DNA from: Eubacteriales bacterium
GTDB taxonomy: Bacteria; Bacillota; Clostridia; Oscillospirales; CAG-272
Direction: 5' to 3'
NCBI GenBank assembly: GCA_045588675.1
Contig: JAZNER010000019.1
Location: forward strand, 2,003 to 66,002
DNA length: 64,000 nucleotides
Shown here one piece after another: positions 1-11,690 of this stretch. Numbering within the stretch: position 1 is the first letter of the stretch; each line of letters starts with the position of its first letter. The translations under genes and the position numbers were made by a program. Below the pieces are notes generated by a model. That model was given only the letters and a program-made list of their open reading frames with translations. It was not told the DNA's origin and did not search any database.

Positions 1-519
1 AGGAAATACCAGCATCTTAGTTTTATCTGTAATGGCAGCCCTTAACTGATCAGCTGTAAGTCGGAATTCATTTTCCGCTTTAAGCTCAAGGGTCACGGGT
101 GTTCCCCCTGCAAGTCTTACAATAGGCTCGTAGCAAACAAAGCTTGGCTGTGGGATAATAACCTCGTCACCACATCCAACAAGCGCGCGGATTGCACAGT
201 CAATACCCTCGCTTCCTCCTACTGTTATAAGAGCTTCGGTTTCGGGATCATAGCTAAGAGAATATTTTCGGGACAGAAAATTACAAACCTCCCCGCGAAG
301 CTCCGAAAGCCCCGAATTTGATGTATATCTTGTTTTGCTTTCCTCAAGCGATTTAATTCCCGCTCTGCGAATATGCCAAGGCGTAGGAAAATCAGGCTCG
401 CCAACTCCAAGAGAAATAACATCCTGCATATTAGCGGCAATATCAAAGAATTTTCTGATGCCTGACGGCTTGATATCGTTGAGGACGGTTGGGTTTAGTA
501 AGCGCTCGTAATCAATCAT
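1..519 (-). CDS. PLP-dependent aminotransferase, class I/II (N-terminal ~173 codons; gene runs off the window start)
   Basis: My own minus-strand translation from the ATG at 519 gives MIDYERLLNPTVLNDIKPSGIRKFFDIAANMQDVISLGVGEPDFPTPWHIRRAGIKSLEE...TVGGSEGIDCAIRAL...IIPQPSFVCYEPIV. The frame stays open to position 1. It is missing from the ORF track because there is no stop in the window. Its ATG overlaps the stop of the upstream AsnC-type gene. Confidence 0.8.
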   Translation of the reverse strand, partial: MIDYERLLNPTVLNDIKPSGIRKFFDIAANMQDVISLGVGEPDFPTPWHIRRAGIKSLEESKTRYTSNSGLSELRGEVCNFLSRKYSLSYDPETEALITVGGSEGIDCAIRALVGCGDEVIIPQPSFVCYEPIVRLAGGTPVTLELKAENEFRLTADQLRAAITDKTKMLVFP

Positions 520-998
520 AGTGAATACGCACCCCTGTCGTCTTTCTCGCTATCAACAAGCTCAACATCAAGCTCCTTATATCTACGAAGTACAAAGTGT
601 GTTGCGGTAGATGTAATTTCAGGCATAGTTGCAAGCTCCTTAGCCACAAACATAGCAACCTCCTGAAATGTCTTGCCCTTTACTATAACGCACAGGTCAT
701 ATGAGCCCGACATAAGATAAACTGTTTCAACTGCCTTATATTTCATAATCGTTTCGGCAATCTTTTCAAAGCCAAACTTATCCTGAGGTATTACTTTGAG
801 CTCGATCAAAGCCGAAACAAAAGCATCATCAAGCTTTTCCCAGTCGATTACAGCCTTATACCCGCGTATAAGTCCGGCAACCTCAAGCTCCTTGATTTCA
901 GTTTCGACCTCAGACTTGGAAAGTCCCGACATAATTGCAATATCCTCTATTGGACAACGGGCATCATTAGCAAGAATTTTTAAAATTTTAGTATTCAT
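516..998 (-). CDS. Lrp/AsnC family transcriptional regulator
   Basis: The sequence MNTKILKILANDARCPIEDIAIMSGLSKSEVETEIKELEVAGLIRGY has an HTH followed by a ligand-binding fold. I moved the start to the internal ATG at 998, which is preceded by GGAGGAATGTAAA. The gene is coupled by a 4-nt overlap to the downstream aminotransferase. Confidence 0.85.
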   Translation of the reverse strand: MNTKILKILANDARCPIEDIAIMSGLSKSEVETEIKELEVAGLIRGYKAVIDWEKLDDAFVSALIELKVIPQDKFGFEKIAETIMKYKAVETVYLMSGSYDLCVIVKGKTFQEVAMFVAKELATMPEITSTATHFVLRRYKELDVELVDSEKDDRGAYSL

Positions 999-1116
999 TT
1001 TACATTCCTCCGTCGTTAAATTCAAAAATAAACTTTTGGGTGCAAACAATAATTGCTTGCACCCAATTTTTTATTGGCACAACGGTTGTTTATACTGCCA
1101 ATTATGTTAAAGCGAA

Positions 1117-1524
1117 TTAAAGATACTTCTTTACTGTGTCGCTTGCTTCCTCAGCGGGAATTGAAGATGTCATAACAACATTTACATCAAGCTTATTGGA
1201 GAGCTCATCAAGCTCCTTAACAAACACTTCAAATGCAACCATATCGTTATTTGCGATTTTAAGTCCTGAATCTATAAACACATCGGTAACATCGTGATTG
1301 CTCGCGAGAATTCCCGCAACAAATCCGTAAAGTGCCTCTGCGTCGAAAATAAGATACTCGTTTGTATTTACAAGACGAACAGAGTGCTTAACATCAAATC
1401 TGAGGCCTACACCCTTTTCGATACATACAACTGTACCCTGTGTTTTTTCTGCGGCGTCATTTACCAAGGAAATAAGAGTTTTGGTTTTGCCTGTGCCTTT
1501 AACACCGATAATCAACTTAAGCAT
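1117..1524 (-). CDS. Small stand-alone P-loop NTPase (135 aa), function unknown
   Basis: Walker A is GVKGTGKT at residues 7-14. A Walker-B-like motif hhhhD (DVFID) is present. An SD (GGAGC) lies upstream of the ATG. No other domain is recognisable. Confidence 0.6.
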   Translation of the reverse strand: MLKLIIGVKGTGKTKTLISLVNDAAEKTQGTVVCIEKGVGLRFDVKHSVRLVNTNEYLIFDAEALYGFVAGILASNHDVTDVFIDSGLKIANNDMVAFEVFVKELDELSNKLDVNVVMTSSIPAEEASDTVKKYL

Positions 1525-1653
1525 AAAATGCTCCTTCCTGCCGCCTATGCGGCCTGTTATATTTGTTTCCTTTTAAGGATAATTAAATTATCTTGATATT
1601 ATTATACCATAGATTTGATAATTTTGCAAGTGTCTTATACAAAATTTACAAAA

Positions 1654-2991
1654 TTATTTTAATTTTTCCTGCAATTCCGCTGCAAGCTCCTCATAACCGG
1701 GCTTGCCGAGAAGAGCAAACATATTTTTCTTGTAAGCCTCTACTCCGGGCTGATTGAAGGGATTTACGCCAAGCATATATCCCGAAACCGCGCAAGCAAG
1801 CTCAAAGAAGTAAAGAAGATAACCAAGCGAGTACTCGCTTCTGTCCTTCATTTCAATCAAAATATTCGGAACTCCGCCGTCAACGTGAGCCAGAAGTGTT
1901 CCCTGCATTGCAGTCTTTTTCACTACGCCGAGGTCAACGCCCGAAAGGAAATTAAGTCCGTCGATATTGTTCGGGTCATGAGGAATTTCGAAGCGAACTC
2001 CGTCATCCTCGACTGCAATTACGGTTTCAAACAGATTTCTTGTTCCCTCTTGGATAAACTGACCAAGTGAATGCAGGTCTGTTGAAAAAATTACAGATGC
2101 GGGGAAAATACCTCTGTTGTCCTTACCCTCGCTCTCTCCGTAAAGCTGCTTCCACCATTCGTTGAGCATTTTTGCATATTGCTCATAGCCTACAAGTATT
2201 TCGGTATTCTTTCCCTTGCGGTAGAGAATATTTCTGATTGCCGCATATTTGTAAGCATCGTTTTTGTTCAAATCCTCGTCAGAGTATGCAAGCTTGGCAT
2301 CAGCCGCACCCTGCATAAGCTTATCAATATCAACGCCTGCAACCGCTACGGGCAAAAGTCCTACAGCTGTGAGAACAGAAAAGCGTCCGCCAACATCATC
2401 CGGAACTACAAAGGTTTCATATCCCGCCTTATCAGAGAAGCCTTTAAGTGTTCCCTTTGCCTTATCGGTCGTTACAAAAATACGCTCGCACGCTCCGTCC
2501 TTACCATACTTCTTTTCAAGCATTTCACGGAAAACTCTGAAAGCAACGGCAGGCTCGGTCGTTGTTCCCGACTTTGAAATTACATTAATGCAAACATCTC
2601 TGCCCTCGCAGACCTCAAGAATTTCTGCCATAGAAACCGCACTTATATCACAGCCGGCGAAGTAAATATCCGGAGTATCCTTTTTGAGATTATTGTAATT
2701 TGATGACTTTAAAAATTCAATAACCGCGCGCGCTCCGAGATATGAGCCTCCTATACCGATCACGACAAAAACATCACAGCTTTTTTTGATTTTTTCGGCA
2801 GCGGTCTTAATTCTTGCAAATTCCTCTTTGTCGTAATTTACAGGCAGATCCACCCAGCCGAGAAAATCACTTCCCGCGCCGTTTTTCTCGGTTATCTGCT
2901 TGTGTGCAACAGACAGTGCCGGTTGAATATTTGTATATTCGTGCTCAGAAATAAACTGGGCTAAATACTTATCATTTAGTTTGATTGACAT
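1654..2991 (-). CDS. pgi: Glucose-6-phosphate isomerase
   Basis: A ~445-aa Firmicute-type PGI with motifs [20 protein letters not shown] and [14 protein letters not shown]. The start was moved to ATG 2991 ([10 protein letters not shown]), preceded by GGAGGAAAACGC. Confidence 0.93.
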   Translation of the reverse strand: MSIKLNDKYLAQFISEHEYTNIQPALSVAHKQITEKNGAGSDFLGWVDLPVNYDKEEFARIKTAAEKIKKSCDVFVVIGIGGSYLGARAVIEFLKSSNYNNLKKDTPDIYFAGCDISAVSMAEILEVCEGRDVCINVISKSGTTTEPAVAFRVFREMLEKKYGKDGACERIFVTTDKAKGTLKGFSDKAGYETFVVPDDVGGRFSVLTAVGLLPVAVAGVDIDKLMQGAADAKLAYSDEDLNKNDAYKYAAIRNILYRKGKNTEILVGYEQYAKMLNEWWKQLYGESEGKDNRGIFPASVIFSTDLHSLGQFIQEGTRNLFETVIAVEDDGVRFEIPHDPNNIDGLNFLSGVDLGVVKKTAMQGTLLAHVDGGVPNILIEMKDRSEYSLGYLLYFFELACAVSGYMLGVNPFNQPGVEAYKKNMFALLGKPGYEELAAELQEKLK

Positions 2992-3123
2992 GCGTTTTCC
3001 TCCTGAAAGTTGACTTTTATTGACAAATGCTTGCATATTATACTCAAACACGATTTATCTATTGTATTATATCACATTGTTGCAAGTTTTGCAATAGTTT
3101 TTTTGAATAAAAACGCGTATTTT

Positions 3124-4290
3124 TTACTTCAACAAAAATTTAGCCAGCATACGGTACCACAGACCGAAAAATCCTATTTTAGCGACATCATTTATTGCAT
3201 AAATATCGGTTTTTCCGATTTCCTTACCGTCGCATTTGAAAATCACCTCGCCTATGACATCTCCCGTCTTTATCGGGGCAGGAACAGTTTGCGGCAAAAC
3301 CACCGAATGCTCGATTTTTGACATATTATTCTTCTCGGTGACATATGAAAAATCATCAAATTTTGCATTCACCCTATTTTCAACTCCGCCTATTACATTG
3401 ATGTCCTTGATTTTCTCTCCCGAAAGCTTATAAACACCGTAATTTGCAAATCCCCAATCAAGCAATGTGGTTGCCGCCGCATTTCTTATATCTCGGCTCT
3501 CCGAGCCCATAATTACACAAACAAGCGACATTCCATCTCTCTCGGCGGTTGCGCTGATGCAAAAGCCTGCCTTTGAGGTTGAGCCTGTTTTAAGACCTGT
3601 ACAGCCTCGATAAAACCTCACAAGACGGTTAGTATTTGTAAGTCCAAAAAGTCCGTCTCTGATTGTGTCCATCCAAATTGAGCTATACTCCAAAATTTTT
3701 TTGTGCTTGATTAATTCCCTTGACATAATTGCTATATCACGGGCACTTGTCAGGTGCTTTTGTGCTGTGTCATCAAGACCGTTAGTATTTTCAAAGCTTG
3801 TGTTTTTCATATCGAGCTCGCGCGCTCTTTCGTTCATTTGCTTGACAAAAGCTGCCTCACTTCCCGAAATGTGCTCTGCCAAAGCACAGGCAGCATCATT
3901 CGCCGAGGATATGACAACACTTTTCACCATATCCTCAACGCTCATCTGCTCGCCCTCCTTCAAATAAATTTGAGAGCCTCCCATTGATGCCGCGTGCGCG
4001 CTTGTCGTAACGATATCGTCAAGCTTGATTTTTCCCTCGTCAATAGCCTCCATTACAAGCAAAAGCGTCATAATTTTAGTGACCGATGCGGGCGGCAAAG
4101 CCTCATCTGCATTTTGCTCGTAAAGCACTCTCCCCGTGTCAGCCTCCATTAAAATTGCACTCTTGCAGTCAAGGTCAAGATTAACACTCTCTCCCTCTGC
4201 TTCGGCGCTTACAGGATATGCAAAGCAGGAAATTATGACCGACAACATAACGATTATTGCCGTTATTTTTTTTATAAACATAAAAATCAC
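3124..4290 (-). CDS. D-alanyl-D-alanine carboxypeptidase (serine-type, PBP5/DacB-DacF-like)
   Basis: An N-terminal signal peptide is present. Motifs are SxxK (SVTKIM), SxN (SANDAA) and KTG (LKTGST). A C-terminal PBP5_C-like beta domain follows. Confidence 0.88.
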   Translation of the reverse strand: MIFMFIKKITAIIVMLSVIISCFAYPVSAEAEGESVNLDLDCKSAILMEADTGRVLYEQNADEALPPASVTKIMTLLLVMEAIDEGKIKLDDIVTTSAHAASMGGSQIYLKEGEQMSVEDMVKSVVISSANDAACALAEHISGSEAAFVKQMNERARELDMKNTSFENTNGLDDTAQKHLTSARDIAIMSRELIKHKKILEYSSIWMDTIRDGLFGLTNTNRLVRFYRGCTGLKTGSTSKAGFCISATAERDGMSLVCVIMGSESRDIRNAAATTLLDWGFANYGVYKLSGEKIKDINVIGGVENRVNAKFDDFSYVTEKNNMSKIEHSVVLPQTVPAPIKTGDVIGEVIFKCDGKEIGKTDIYAINDVAKIGFFGLWYRMLAKFLLK

Positions 4291-4331
4291 CCCTTCACTT
4301 AAATTTATTAAGCAAAGGGGTGCGTTATGAA

Positions 4332-4883
4332 TTAATGTCTATTCTTTTTTCTTTTCTCGGCACGATTTAATTCTTTGATGTGGGCAAAGGTCTTTTTTTC
4401 GCCTTCGTCTGCAAGCATACAAAGCCATTCCTCAAGCAGGTCCGCCGTGCTCTCGTGCATCTTGGATCGTGCATTTCCCCACCTGTAATACTCCAGAGCC
4501 GAGCTGTCGGTATATTTATCTCCCTGATAGATTTTGCTTGCCGCCACTCTGTCGCAAAACATTTCGGTTACATATTTAAGCGGCATAGGAACAGGCTCAT
4601 ATCTCTTGGTTTGGGTATTCAAATCATTCCAATATTCAAAGTGATGGCGGTTTCTTCCCTTATGGTGCATCCACGCCAATGAATACCCAAAAAGCTCTCT
4701 TTCCTTTTCGTTTGGGCTTCTTGTGCCGAGATAATATTTCGCACCTTGAATAAACTCTGTCGGAGAGTATTTTGACAAATCGTGGAACAGCCCCTGAAAT
4801 CCAATGCCTGCCTTAAAGCAATGTATAATCACCTTGTGTCGATGCTTGGTTATTGTTCTGAAATGCTTTATCGGATGCGCCAT
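4332..4883 (-). CDS. Conserved hypothetical protein, DUF5662-like (HD-like histidine-rich)
   Basis: The N-terminus HFRTITKHRHKVIIHCFKAGIGFQGLFHDLSKYSPTEF and the later WMHHKGRNRHHFEYW match my memory of the DUF5662 family. This has not been verified by an HMM. Confidence 0.5.
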   Translation of the reverse strand: MAHPIKHFRTITKHRHKVIIHCFKAGIGFQGLFHDLSKYSPTEFIQGAKYYLGTRSPNEKERELFGYSLAWMHHKGRNRHHFEYWNDLNTQTKRYEPVPMPLKYVTEMFCDRVAASKIYQGDKYTDSSALEYYRWGNARSKMHESTADLLEEWLCMLADEGEKKTFAHIKELNRAEKRKKNRH

Positions 4884-4904
4884 AATACCTCCTTTCCAAT
4901 GCCT

Positions 4905-5705
4905 TTATTTTATAGGCTTTAAGCTTATGTTTTCAAGTAAATTCAAGTTTGGGAAGCTCTTAACTAAGCTTTCTGCAAAGCGCAGAGCTGTCGGGTCGCA
5001 GACGTTTTTCACGAAATGAGCATCACTGCCAAAAATTACATCACAGCCAATCTCATTTGCAATCTGCCAGAATTGAAGAGTAGGATAATTTCTCATCTGC
5101 TGCAAGCCGTAAAAGTTAATTTCAAGTGGCATTTTATGCTCGTTTGCGCAATTAATAAGCCGTCTTGCTTCTCTCTCATAAGCATCAAGCGGAGCTTGCC
5201 CGTAATTGATCAGGTCAGGGTGAGCAAGATAAGTAAACTTGCCCGTCCTAATTCCCTTTATCACCTGACTTACATATTCCTCAAGCACATCTGCTCTTGA
5301 TGTTTTGTCACCGTAATATTTGTGTTTCGTATCAAAATCCGAGAAATGCTGACCTAAAATTATATATTCGGTCGGATACTGCGAAAGATATTCAATAAGC
5401 TCGTCAAAAACAGGGGCAAAATATTCAACCTCAAAGCCTATATGGATATTTATATCTTTTTTGTATTCCTCTTTCAGCTTCAAAAGCGTATTGACATAAT
5501 CTTCTGTTTCGTCCATTGACATACGGATAGCCAAGAGTGTATTCTTTGTAATTATGTCGCAATCCCTTGGCATAGGCATCGGCGAATGGTCTGAAAAGCC
5601 CAAATCACGAATTCCAAGCTCAATTGCCTTTTCAATATACGCTCTCTCATCTATATTCTCCGCGTGTCCGCATCTATATGTATGGGTGTGGTAATTTGCT
5701 ATCAT
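4905..5705 (-). CDS. Histidinol-phosphatase, PHP family (HisJ/HisK type)
   Basis: The N-terminal HTHTYRCGHA metal-binding motif is present. FSDHSP and GSDAH motifs are typical of PHP histidinol phosphatases. Confidence 0.8.
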   Translation of the reverse strand: MIANYHTHTYRCGHAENIDERAYIEKAIELGIRDLGFSDHSPMPMPRDCDIITKNTLLAIRMSMDETEDYVNTLLKLKEEYKKDINIHIGFEVEYFAPVFDELIEYLSQYPTEYIILGQHFSDFDTKHKYYGDKTSRADVLEEYVSQVIKGIRTGKFTYLAHPDLINYGQAPLDAYEREARRLINCANEHKMPLEINFYGLQQMRNYPTLQFWQIANEIGCDVIFGSDAHFVKNVCDPTALRFAESLVKSFPNLNLLENISLKPIK

Positions 5706-5833
5706 AGATACTCCAAAATAATTCTTTTAACAAATAAATTATATCACTTTTTTATCTTTTGTCAATGATTTTGAGTAAATTTGCCTGTTTTTTTAAAAAT
5801 TGCTTTTCCGCAAGGCAGAAAAGCAATTTAGTA

Positions 5834-8671
5834 TTATTTATTAAGCCATTTCTTGAGATATTGTCCTGTATATGAGCCCTTGACATTGGCAACCTCCTCA
5901 GGAGTGCCCTCAGCGACTATTTGTCCACCGCCTTCTCCGCCCTCAGGACCAAGATCAATAATGTGGTCAGCGCACTTGATCACATCAAGATTATGCTCAA
6001 TGACAAGCACGCTGTTTCCCCCGTCGCAAATCATCTGCAAAACATCAAGAAGCTTTGCTACATCTGCGGTATGAAGTCCCGTCGTTGGCTCGTCAAGAAT
6101 ATAAATCGTCTTGCCCGTGCTTCTCTTTGAAAGCTCGGTCGCAAGCTTAACTCTTTGAGCCTCTCCGCCCGAAAGTGTGGTTGAGGATTGTCCGATTTTA
6201 ATATATCCAAGTCCTACATCATAAAGGGTTTTGAGCTTGCGGGTGATTTTGGGCAGTCCGTCAAAGAAATTAAGCCCCTCCTCAACTGTCATATCAAGCA
6301 CATCAAAAATGCTTTTACCCTTGTATTTGACCTCAAGCGTATCCGAATTATATCTTTTGCCCTTGCATACATCACAGGTCACATAAACATCGGGAAGAAA
6401 GTGCATTTCGATACATTTTACTCCGTCGCCCTCACAGGCTTCACAGCGTCCGCCCTTATTATTAAACGAAAATCTGCCTGCTGCATAGCCTCTCGCCTTT
6501 GCGTCCTTGGTTGATGCGAAAAGCTCTCTTATATCGGTAAACAAGCCCGTATAGGTCGCAGGGTTTGAGCGCGGTGTCCGTCCGATCGGACTTTGGTCTA
6601 TGCAAATCACCTTATCAAGATTTTCTATGCCCTCAATCCCCTCGCACTTGCCTGGATAGGAAATAGCGCGGTTCAGGTCGCGGGCAAGCTTTGGATACAA
6701 AATCCCATTCACCAACGAGGATTTTCCCGAACCCGAAACGCCTGTCACACAAACAAATTTACCAAGCGGGATTTTAACATCGATCTTCTTTAAATTGTGC
6801 TCCTCGGCACCCTTTACAGTTAAATAATTACCATTGCCTTCTCGGCGTTTGTGAGGTATTGCGATTTTCCTTCTGCCCGACAAATACTCGCCTGTTATTG
6901 AGCTTGTATTTTGTCTTATTTCATCGGGCGTTCCGACCGCAACGACCTGTCCGCCGTGAACTCCTGCGCCGGGTCCTATATCAACGATATAGTCAGCCTC
7001 CTCCATAGTTTCCTCGTCGTGCTCTACGACAATTACGGTATTGCCAAGGTCACGGAGCTTTTTGAGGGTTGAAATCAGCTTTGAATTGTCACGCTGATGC
7101 AAGCCTATGCTTGGCTCGTCAAGAATATATAACACGCCGACAAGAGATGAGCCGATTTGAGTTGCAAGTCTTATTCTTTGTGCCTCTCCTCCCGAAAGCG
7201 TTCCTGCTTTTCTTGCAAGAGTGAGATAGTCAAGACCAACGCTTACAAGAAAACCTAGTCGCGAGCGTATCTCCTTCAGAATTTCTTTTGCAATTTCATT
7301 TTCGGTTTCGCTCAATTCAAGCTTATTTACAAAATCAAGCGCATTTTTCACTGACAAAGCACAAAGCTCGTGTATGTTCATTCCGCCGACCGTTACCGCC
7401 AAGGACATAGGATTAAGCCTTTGCCCATTACAGTATTTACACGGCGCTTCTTCGATAAATTGCTCATAATATTCGGCGCTCATACCGTATTCAAGCCTTT
7501 GCTCGATCATACGCACAAGCCCCTCAAATTTAGCGCTCTTATCGTGAGCCTGTCCTCCAAAATATCTTGTAACCTGATAGCTTTGCTCTCCCGAACCGTT
7601 CATCAAAATATCATAGGCTTCGTCAGAAAAGTCCTTTATGGGAGTATCAAGGTCAAACCCAAATTTTTCACCGACCGCACGGAAAAGAGGTCCGTTCCAG
7701 CTCTCCTCTTCAAGAGTTTTAAAGCCGTTTACATTAATTGCTCCCTCGGAAAGCGAAAGCTTTTTGTCGGGGATAAGCCTATCTATTGCAATCCGTCTTG
7801 TTTCTCCAAGTCCCGAGCAATGAGGACACGCCCCTTGCGGATTGTTGAATGAGAACATTCTCGGCTCAAATTCACCGACAGAGATTCCGTGCTCCTCACA
7901 GGCGTAGGATTGGGAAAAAGTGAGTATTCCCTCTTCATTTTCTTCTCTGTTTTCAAGCAGAGGAACTATTATCAGGTGTCCGTCAGCAATGCTCAAGGCA
8001 TTTTCAACCGAATCTGATAATCTTGGGCGTATGCCCTCCCTCATAACAAGACGGTCAACAACGATTTCAATAGAGTGCTTTTTGTTCTTGTCAAGCTTAA
8101 TCTCCTCGGACAAATCATAGATTATACCGTCAACCCTGACTCTGACATATCCGCTCTTCTTCGCGTCTGCAAAAACCTTTTCGTGCATACCCTTTTGCGC
8201 GCGGACAACGGGAGCGACCACCAAAAATCTCTCTCCCTCGGGCAATTTCATTATTCTGTCAATAATCTGGTCAACGCTCTGCTGTCTTATTTCCTTGCCG
8301 CACACGGGGCAATGAGGAATACCTATTCTGGCGTACAAAAGACGCAGATAGTCATAAATTTCGGTTACCGTTCCCACCGTTGAGCGTGGATTTTTTGATG
8401 TCGTTTTCTGGTCAATTGAAATTGACGGAGAAAGTCCGTCTATTGAATCAACGTCAGGCTTATCAAGCTGACCAAGAAACATTCTCGCATAGCTTGATAG
8501 CGACTCTACAAATCTTCTGTGCCCCTCTGCGTAGATTGTATCAAACGCAAGTGAGGATTTTCCTGAACCCGAAAGCCCCGAGAGAACAACCAGCTTGTCC
8601 CTCGGTATCGTGACATCTATATTTTTCAGATTGTGGACGCGCGCGCCCTTAATTACTATATTTTGTTCCAT
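5834..8671 (-). CDS. uvrA: Excinuclease ABC subunit A
   Basis: The protein is 945 aa. It has two ABC ATPase modules ([18 protein letters not shown]; LSGGEAQR twice) and Cys4 zinc fingers. Confidence 0.97.
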   Translation of the reverse strand: MEQNIVIKGARVHNLKNIDVTIPRDKLVVLSGLSGSGKSSLAFDTIYAEGHRRFVESLSSYARMFLGQLDKPDVDSIDGLSPSISIDQKTTSKNPRSTVGTVTEIYDYLRLLYARIGIPHCPVCGKEIRQQSVDQIIDRIMKLPEGERFLVVAPVVRAQKGMHEKVFADAKKSGYVRVRVDGIIYDLSEEIKLDKNKKHSIEIVVDRLVMREGIRPRLSDSVENALSIADGHLIIVPLLENREENEEGILTFSQSYACEEHGISVGEFEPRMFSFNNPQGACPHCSGLGETRRIAIDRLIPDKKLSLSEGAINVNGFKTLEEESWNGPLFRAVGEKFGFDLDTPIKDFSDEAYDILMNGSGEQSYQVTRYFGGQAHDKSAKFEGLVRMIEQRLEYGMSAEYYEQFIEEAPCKYCNGQRLNPMSLAVTVGGMNIHELCALSVKNALDFVNKLELSETENEIAKEILKEIRSRLGFLVSVGLDYLTLARKAGTLSGGEAQRIRLATQIGSSLVGVLYILDEPSIGLHQRDNSKLISTLKKLRDLGNTVIVVEHDEETMEEADYIVDIGPGAGVHGGQVVAVGTPDEIRQNTSSITGEYLSGRRKIAIPHKRREGNGNYLTVKGAEEHNLKKIDVKIPLGKFVCVTGVSGSGKSSLVNGILYPKLARDLNRAISYPGKCEGIEGIENLDKVICIDQSPIGRTPRSNPATYTGLFTDIRELFASTKDAKARGYAAGRFSFNNKGGRCEACEGDGVKCIEMHFLPDVYVTCDVCKGKRYNSDTLEVKYKGKSIFDVLDMTVEEGLNFFDGLPKITRKLKTLYDVGLGYIKIGQSSTTLSGGEAQRVKLATELSKRSTGKTIYILDEPTTGLHTADVAKLLDVLQMICDGGNSVLVIEHNLDVIKCADHIIDLGPEGGEGGGQIVAEGTPEEVANVKGSYTGQYLKKWLNK

Positions 8672-8770
8672 TACTTATGGGGCTTTGCCCCAACCCTACA
8701 AGAAAAACCTTTCAAAAAAGGAATTCCTTGACCTTTCAAAACTTTTAAATCAAATACTAAGATATACCGC

Positions 8771-10753
8771 TCAATTTCCCTCGCGAAGCTTTTTTATCTC
8801 GTCACGCAGATATGCCGCTTTTTCAAATTCAAGCGTTCTCGCGGCGTCCTTCATCTCGCGAGTTAGCTTTTCAATCAGCTTTTCGCGCTCGCCTGCGGTC
8901 AGCTTCCTTGTATTCTTTGACTTGCCTGCGCGGCTCTTGCCCTTATCGCTTGACGAAGCTCCCATATCAATAATATCACGGACACCCTTGATAATAGTTT
9001 TCGGCACGATTCCGTTTGCCTTGTTATATTCGTCCTGAATTTTACGGCGGCGGTTTGTTTCAGAAATCGCTCTTTGCATTGAGCCTGTAATGTTATCGGC
9101 ATACATTATTACCTTGCCCTCGGCATTTCTCGCCGCGCGCCCGATTGTCTGTATCAGCGACCTCTCTGCTCGCAAAAAGCCCTCTTTGTCGGCGTCAAGA
9201 ATTGCAACGAGCGACACCTCAGGAATATCAAGTCCTTCGCGCAAAAGATTAATTCCGACAAGTACATCAAAAACACCAAGACGAAGGTCGCGAATAATTT
9301 CCATACGCTCAATAGTATCAACATTAAAGTGAATATATCTCACCTTAATTCCGTTGCCCTCAAAATAATCGGTCAGATCCTCTGCCATTTTCTTGGTAAG
9401 AGTGGTAACCAGCACCCTCTCACCCTTATCTGCTCTCTTGCGGATCTCACCCATAAGATCGTCAACCTGACCTTCGATCGGTCTGACCTCAACCTCAGGG
9501 TCAAGAAGTCCTGTCGGGCGGATAATCTGCTCGACAGTCTGCTCCGAGTGATCGTTTTCATAGTCACCCGGCGTTGCACTTACAAATACCGCCTGATTAA
9601 TTCTCTCCTCAAATTCTTCAAAGAATAAAGGACGGTTGTCATAAGCAGATGGCAAACGGAAGCCGTAATCAATCAGGTTCTTTTTTCTCGCCGTATCTCC
9701 GCCGCTCATTCCCTTTACCTGCGGCAAGGTCACGTGCGACTCGTCAACGAAAAGCAAGAAATCCTTTGGAAAATAATCAAGCAAGGTATATGGCGTTGAG
9801 CCCTTCGGTCTGCCCGACAAAATTCGCGAATAGTTTTCAACTCCGGAGCAAAAGCCGATCTCAGAGAGCATTTCCATATCGTATTTTACCCGCTCTGTAA
9901 TTCTTTGAGCTTCAATCAGCTTGCCCTCAGCCTCGAAAAACCTTGCTCTTTCAACCATTTCGGCTAAGATCTCTTTAATTGCCGCCTCTCTTTTTTCGTC
10001 TGACACGGCATAGTGAGTTGCGGGATAGATCGGAGCATAGGAAAGCTCCCTGATAATCTCTCCCGTAACTATGTTGATCTCGCAAACGCGGTCAATTTCC
10101 TCGTCGAAAAATTCAACTCTGATCGCCTTTTCATTCATACTTGCGGGGATTATTTCAACAGTATCTCCGCGAACACGGAAGGAGTCACGGACAAGGCTCA
10201 AATCGTTTCTTGTATAGCTGATTGAAACAAGTCGGCGGATAAGCTCCTCGCGGGACATTAAGGTTCCGGGACGCACTGAAATTACCAAGTCCTTATATTC
10301 GTCGGGCTCACCTAATGAATATATACAAGACACACTCGCAACGATAATCACATCGCGTCTTTCAAAGAGCGAGCTTGTTGCCGAGTGGCGCAAGCGGTCA
10401 ATCTCGTCATTCACAAGAGCGTCCTTCTCAATGTACATATCCTTACCCGGAATATATGCCTCCGGCTGATAGTAATCATAGTAGGACACAAAATACTCAA
10501 CCGCATTATCAGGGAAAAACTCACGAAATTCCGAGCACAGCTGGGCGGCAAGAGTTTTATTATGAGCAAGAACAAGCGTTGGCTTGTTGATTTTCTCAAT
10601 AACATTAGCCATCGTAAAGGTTTTGCCCGAGCCTGTAACACCCAAAAGAGTTTGCATTCTCTGCCCTCTGCGCACGCCCTCTACGATTTTTTCAATAGCT
10701 TGAGGCTGGTCGCCTGTCGGCTTGTATTCACTTTTCAGTACAAATTTATCCAT
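8771..10753 (-). CDS. uvrB: Excinuclease ABC subunit B
   Basis: The helicase motif [13 protein letters not shown], and a C-terminal UVR domain ([15 protein letters not shown]) are present. The start was moved to ATG 10753 ([20 protein letters not shown]), preceded by GAGAGGAGAGG. Confidence 0.97.
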   Translation of the reverse strand: MDKFVLKSEYKPTGDQPQAIEKIVEGVRRGQRMQTLLGVTGSGKTFTMANVIEKINKPTLVLAHNKTLAAQLCSEFREFFPDNAVEYFVSYYDYYQPEAYIPGKDMYIEKDALVNDEIDRLRHSATSSLFERRDVIIVASVSCIYSLGEPDEYKDLVISVRPGTLMSREELIRRLVSISYTRNDLSLVRDSFRVRGDTVEIIPASMNEKAIRVEFFDEEIDRVCEINIVTGEIIRELSYAPIYPATHYAVSDEKREAAIKEILAEMVERARFFEAEGKLIEAQRITERVKYDMEMLSEIGFCSGVENYSRILSGRPKGSTPYTLLDYFPKDFLLFVDESHVTLPQVKGMSGGDTARKKNLIDYGFRLPSAYDNRPLFFEEFEERINQAVFVSATPGDYENDHSEQTVEQIIRPTGLLDPEVEVRPIEGQVDDLMGEIRKRADKGERVLVTTLTKKMAEDLTDYFEGNGIKVRYIHFNVDTIERMEIIRDLRLGVFDVLVGINLLREGLDIPEVSLVAILDADKEGFLRAERSLIQTIGRAARNAEGKVIMYADNITGSMQRAISETNRRRKIQDEYNKANGIVPKTIIKGVRDIIDMGASSSDKGKSRAGKSKNTRKLTAGEREKLIEKLTREMKDAARTLEFEKAAYLRDEIKKLREGN

Positions 10754-10905
10754 CGCGACCTCTCCTCTCTCAAATGAAACTTCCGTTCTAAATATCAAGA
10801 TTAATTATAACATATTTTTGTCGATATGTAAAGTGATTTTGCCGAATTTTTTGATTTTTTTAATTCCTTAAATTACTTATTCCGGCAAAATCCCTAAAAT
10901 ATTTC

Positions 10906-10944
10906 AAAAAGCAGCTGTCAAAAATTTTTACAGCTGCTTTTTTA
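10906..10944 (-). terminator. Rho-independent terminator after the membrane-protein gene
   Basis: The stem is GCAGCTGT/ACAGCTGC. It is flanked by an A-run and a T-run, so it could act in either direction. Confidence 0.7.
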
Positions 10945-10946
10945 TT

Positions 10947-11540
10947 TTAATCTTCGTGTTGCTCGGCACTAACCTCAATAAAATCGTCGCTTGAATTTTT
11001 CTTTTTAGATGCCATAATATAGGAAATCAACGAGAGCGTGAACGAGAGAACCGAAATTCCGATTACCGCCCAGCCCGAAACAAGAATAACTGTTTTACCG
11101 ACTATGTTTGCCACATCAAATATTGTGGGCAGAAATACAAGCAAAAGCACTCCTATAAGCAGTCTGAGCCATTCGCTCTTAATTCGGTCTTTCCAATCGC
11201 CCGAGAGCAAAATCCTGATAATCGGGAACGCAATCAGATAAACAGATACAATAGCCGTAATAACCGTTCCGTGATTGAATATCATCATTCCGCCGAGAAT
11301 TATTCCGAGAATTGCGAAAATAAGGTCAACAATTCCCGAAACTGAGCTAATATTCATAATTCCGTTGACAAGTGGCGGAATATTTGTAAAAATTACGATT
11401 ATTCCCGTAATAATCAATGCCCATTTCAGCAAAAATGAAATTTCAAAAAATGACGACATTAAAATTAACAAAACGCCGAAAATAACGCCTGTAACCAGCG
11501 AAACAATAATACTTGCAAGAATATTTTTCTTATTTGACAT
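10947..11540 (-). CDS. Integral membrane protein (about 6 TM), function unknown
   Basis: The protein is hydrophobic throughout. The start was moved to ATG 11540 (MSNKKNILASII), preceded by GGAG. I cannot name a family with confidence. Confidence 0.6.
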   Translation of the reverse strand: MSNKKNILASIIVSLVTGVIFGVLLILMSSFFEISFLLKWALIITGIIVIFTNIPPLVNGIMNISSVSGIVDLIFAILGIILGGMMIFNHGTVITAIVSVYLIAFPIIRILLSGDWKDRIKSEWLRLLIGVLLLVFLPTIFDVANIVGKTVILVSGWAVIGISVLSFTLSLISYIMASKKKNSSDDFIEVSAEQHED

Positions 11541-11690
11541 AATAATCTCCATTCCGCCGCCTTTGCGGCACAAATACAATCGTTGAATTTTGCCGAAAGG
11601 CAAAATTCGCGCGTGAAGCAGTTAATTTACCTATAAGTAGGAAGTAACTTTCACGCTGGCATTCCTTTCTTAAACGATTGACAAGCTCCA

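Noticed and set aside
225-446. 73-aa ORF on the minus strand.
   Set aside because: It is in the wrong frame inside the partial aminotransferase gene, whose correct frame is open from 519 to 1 and has clear PLP-aminotransferase N-terminal motifs.
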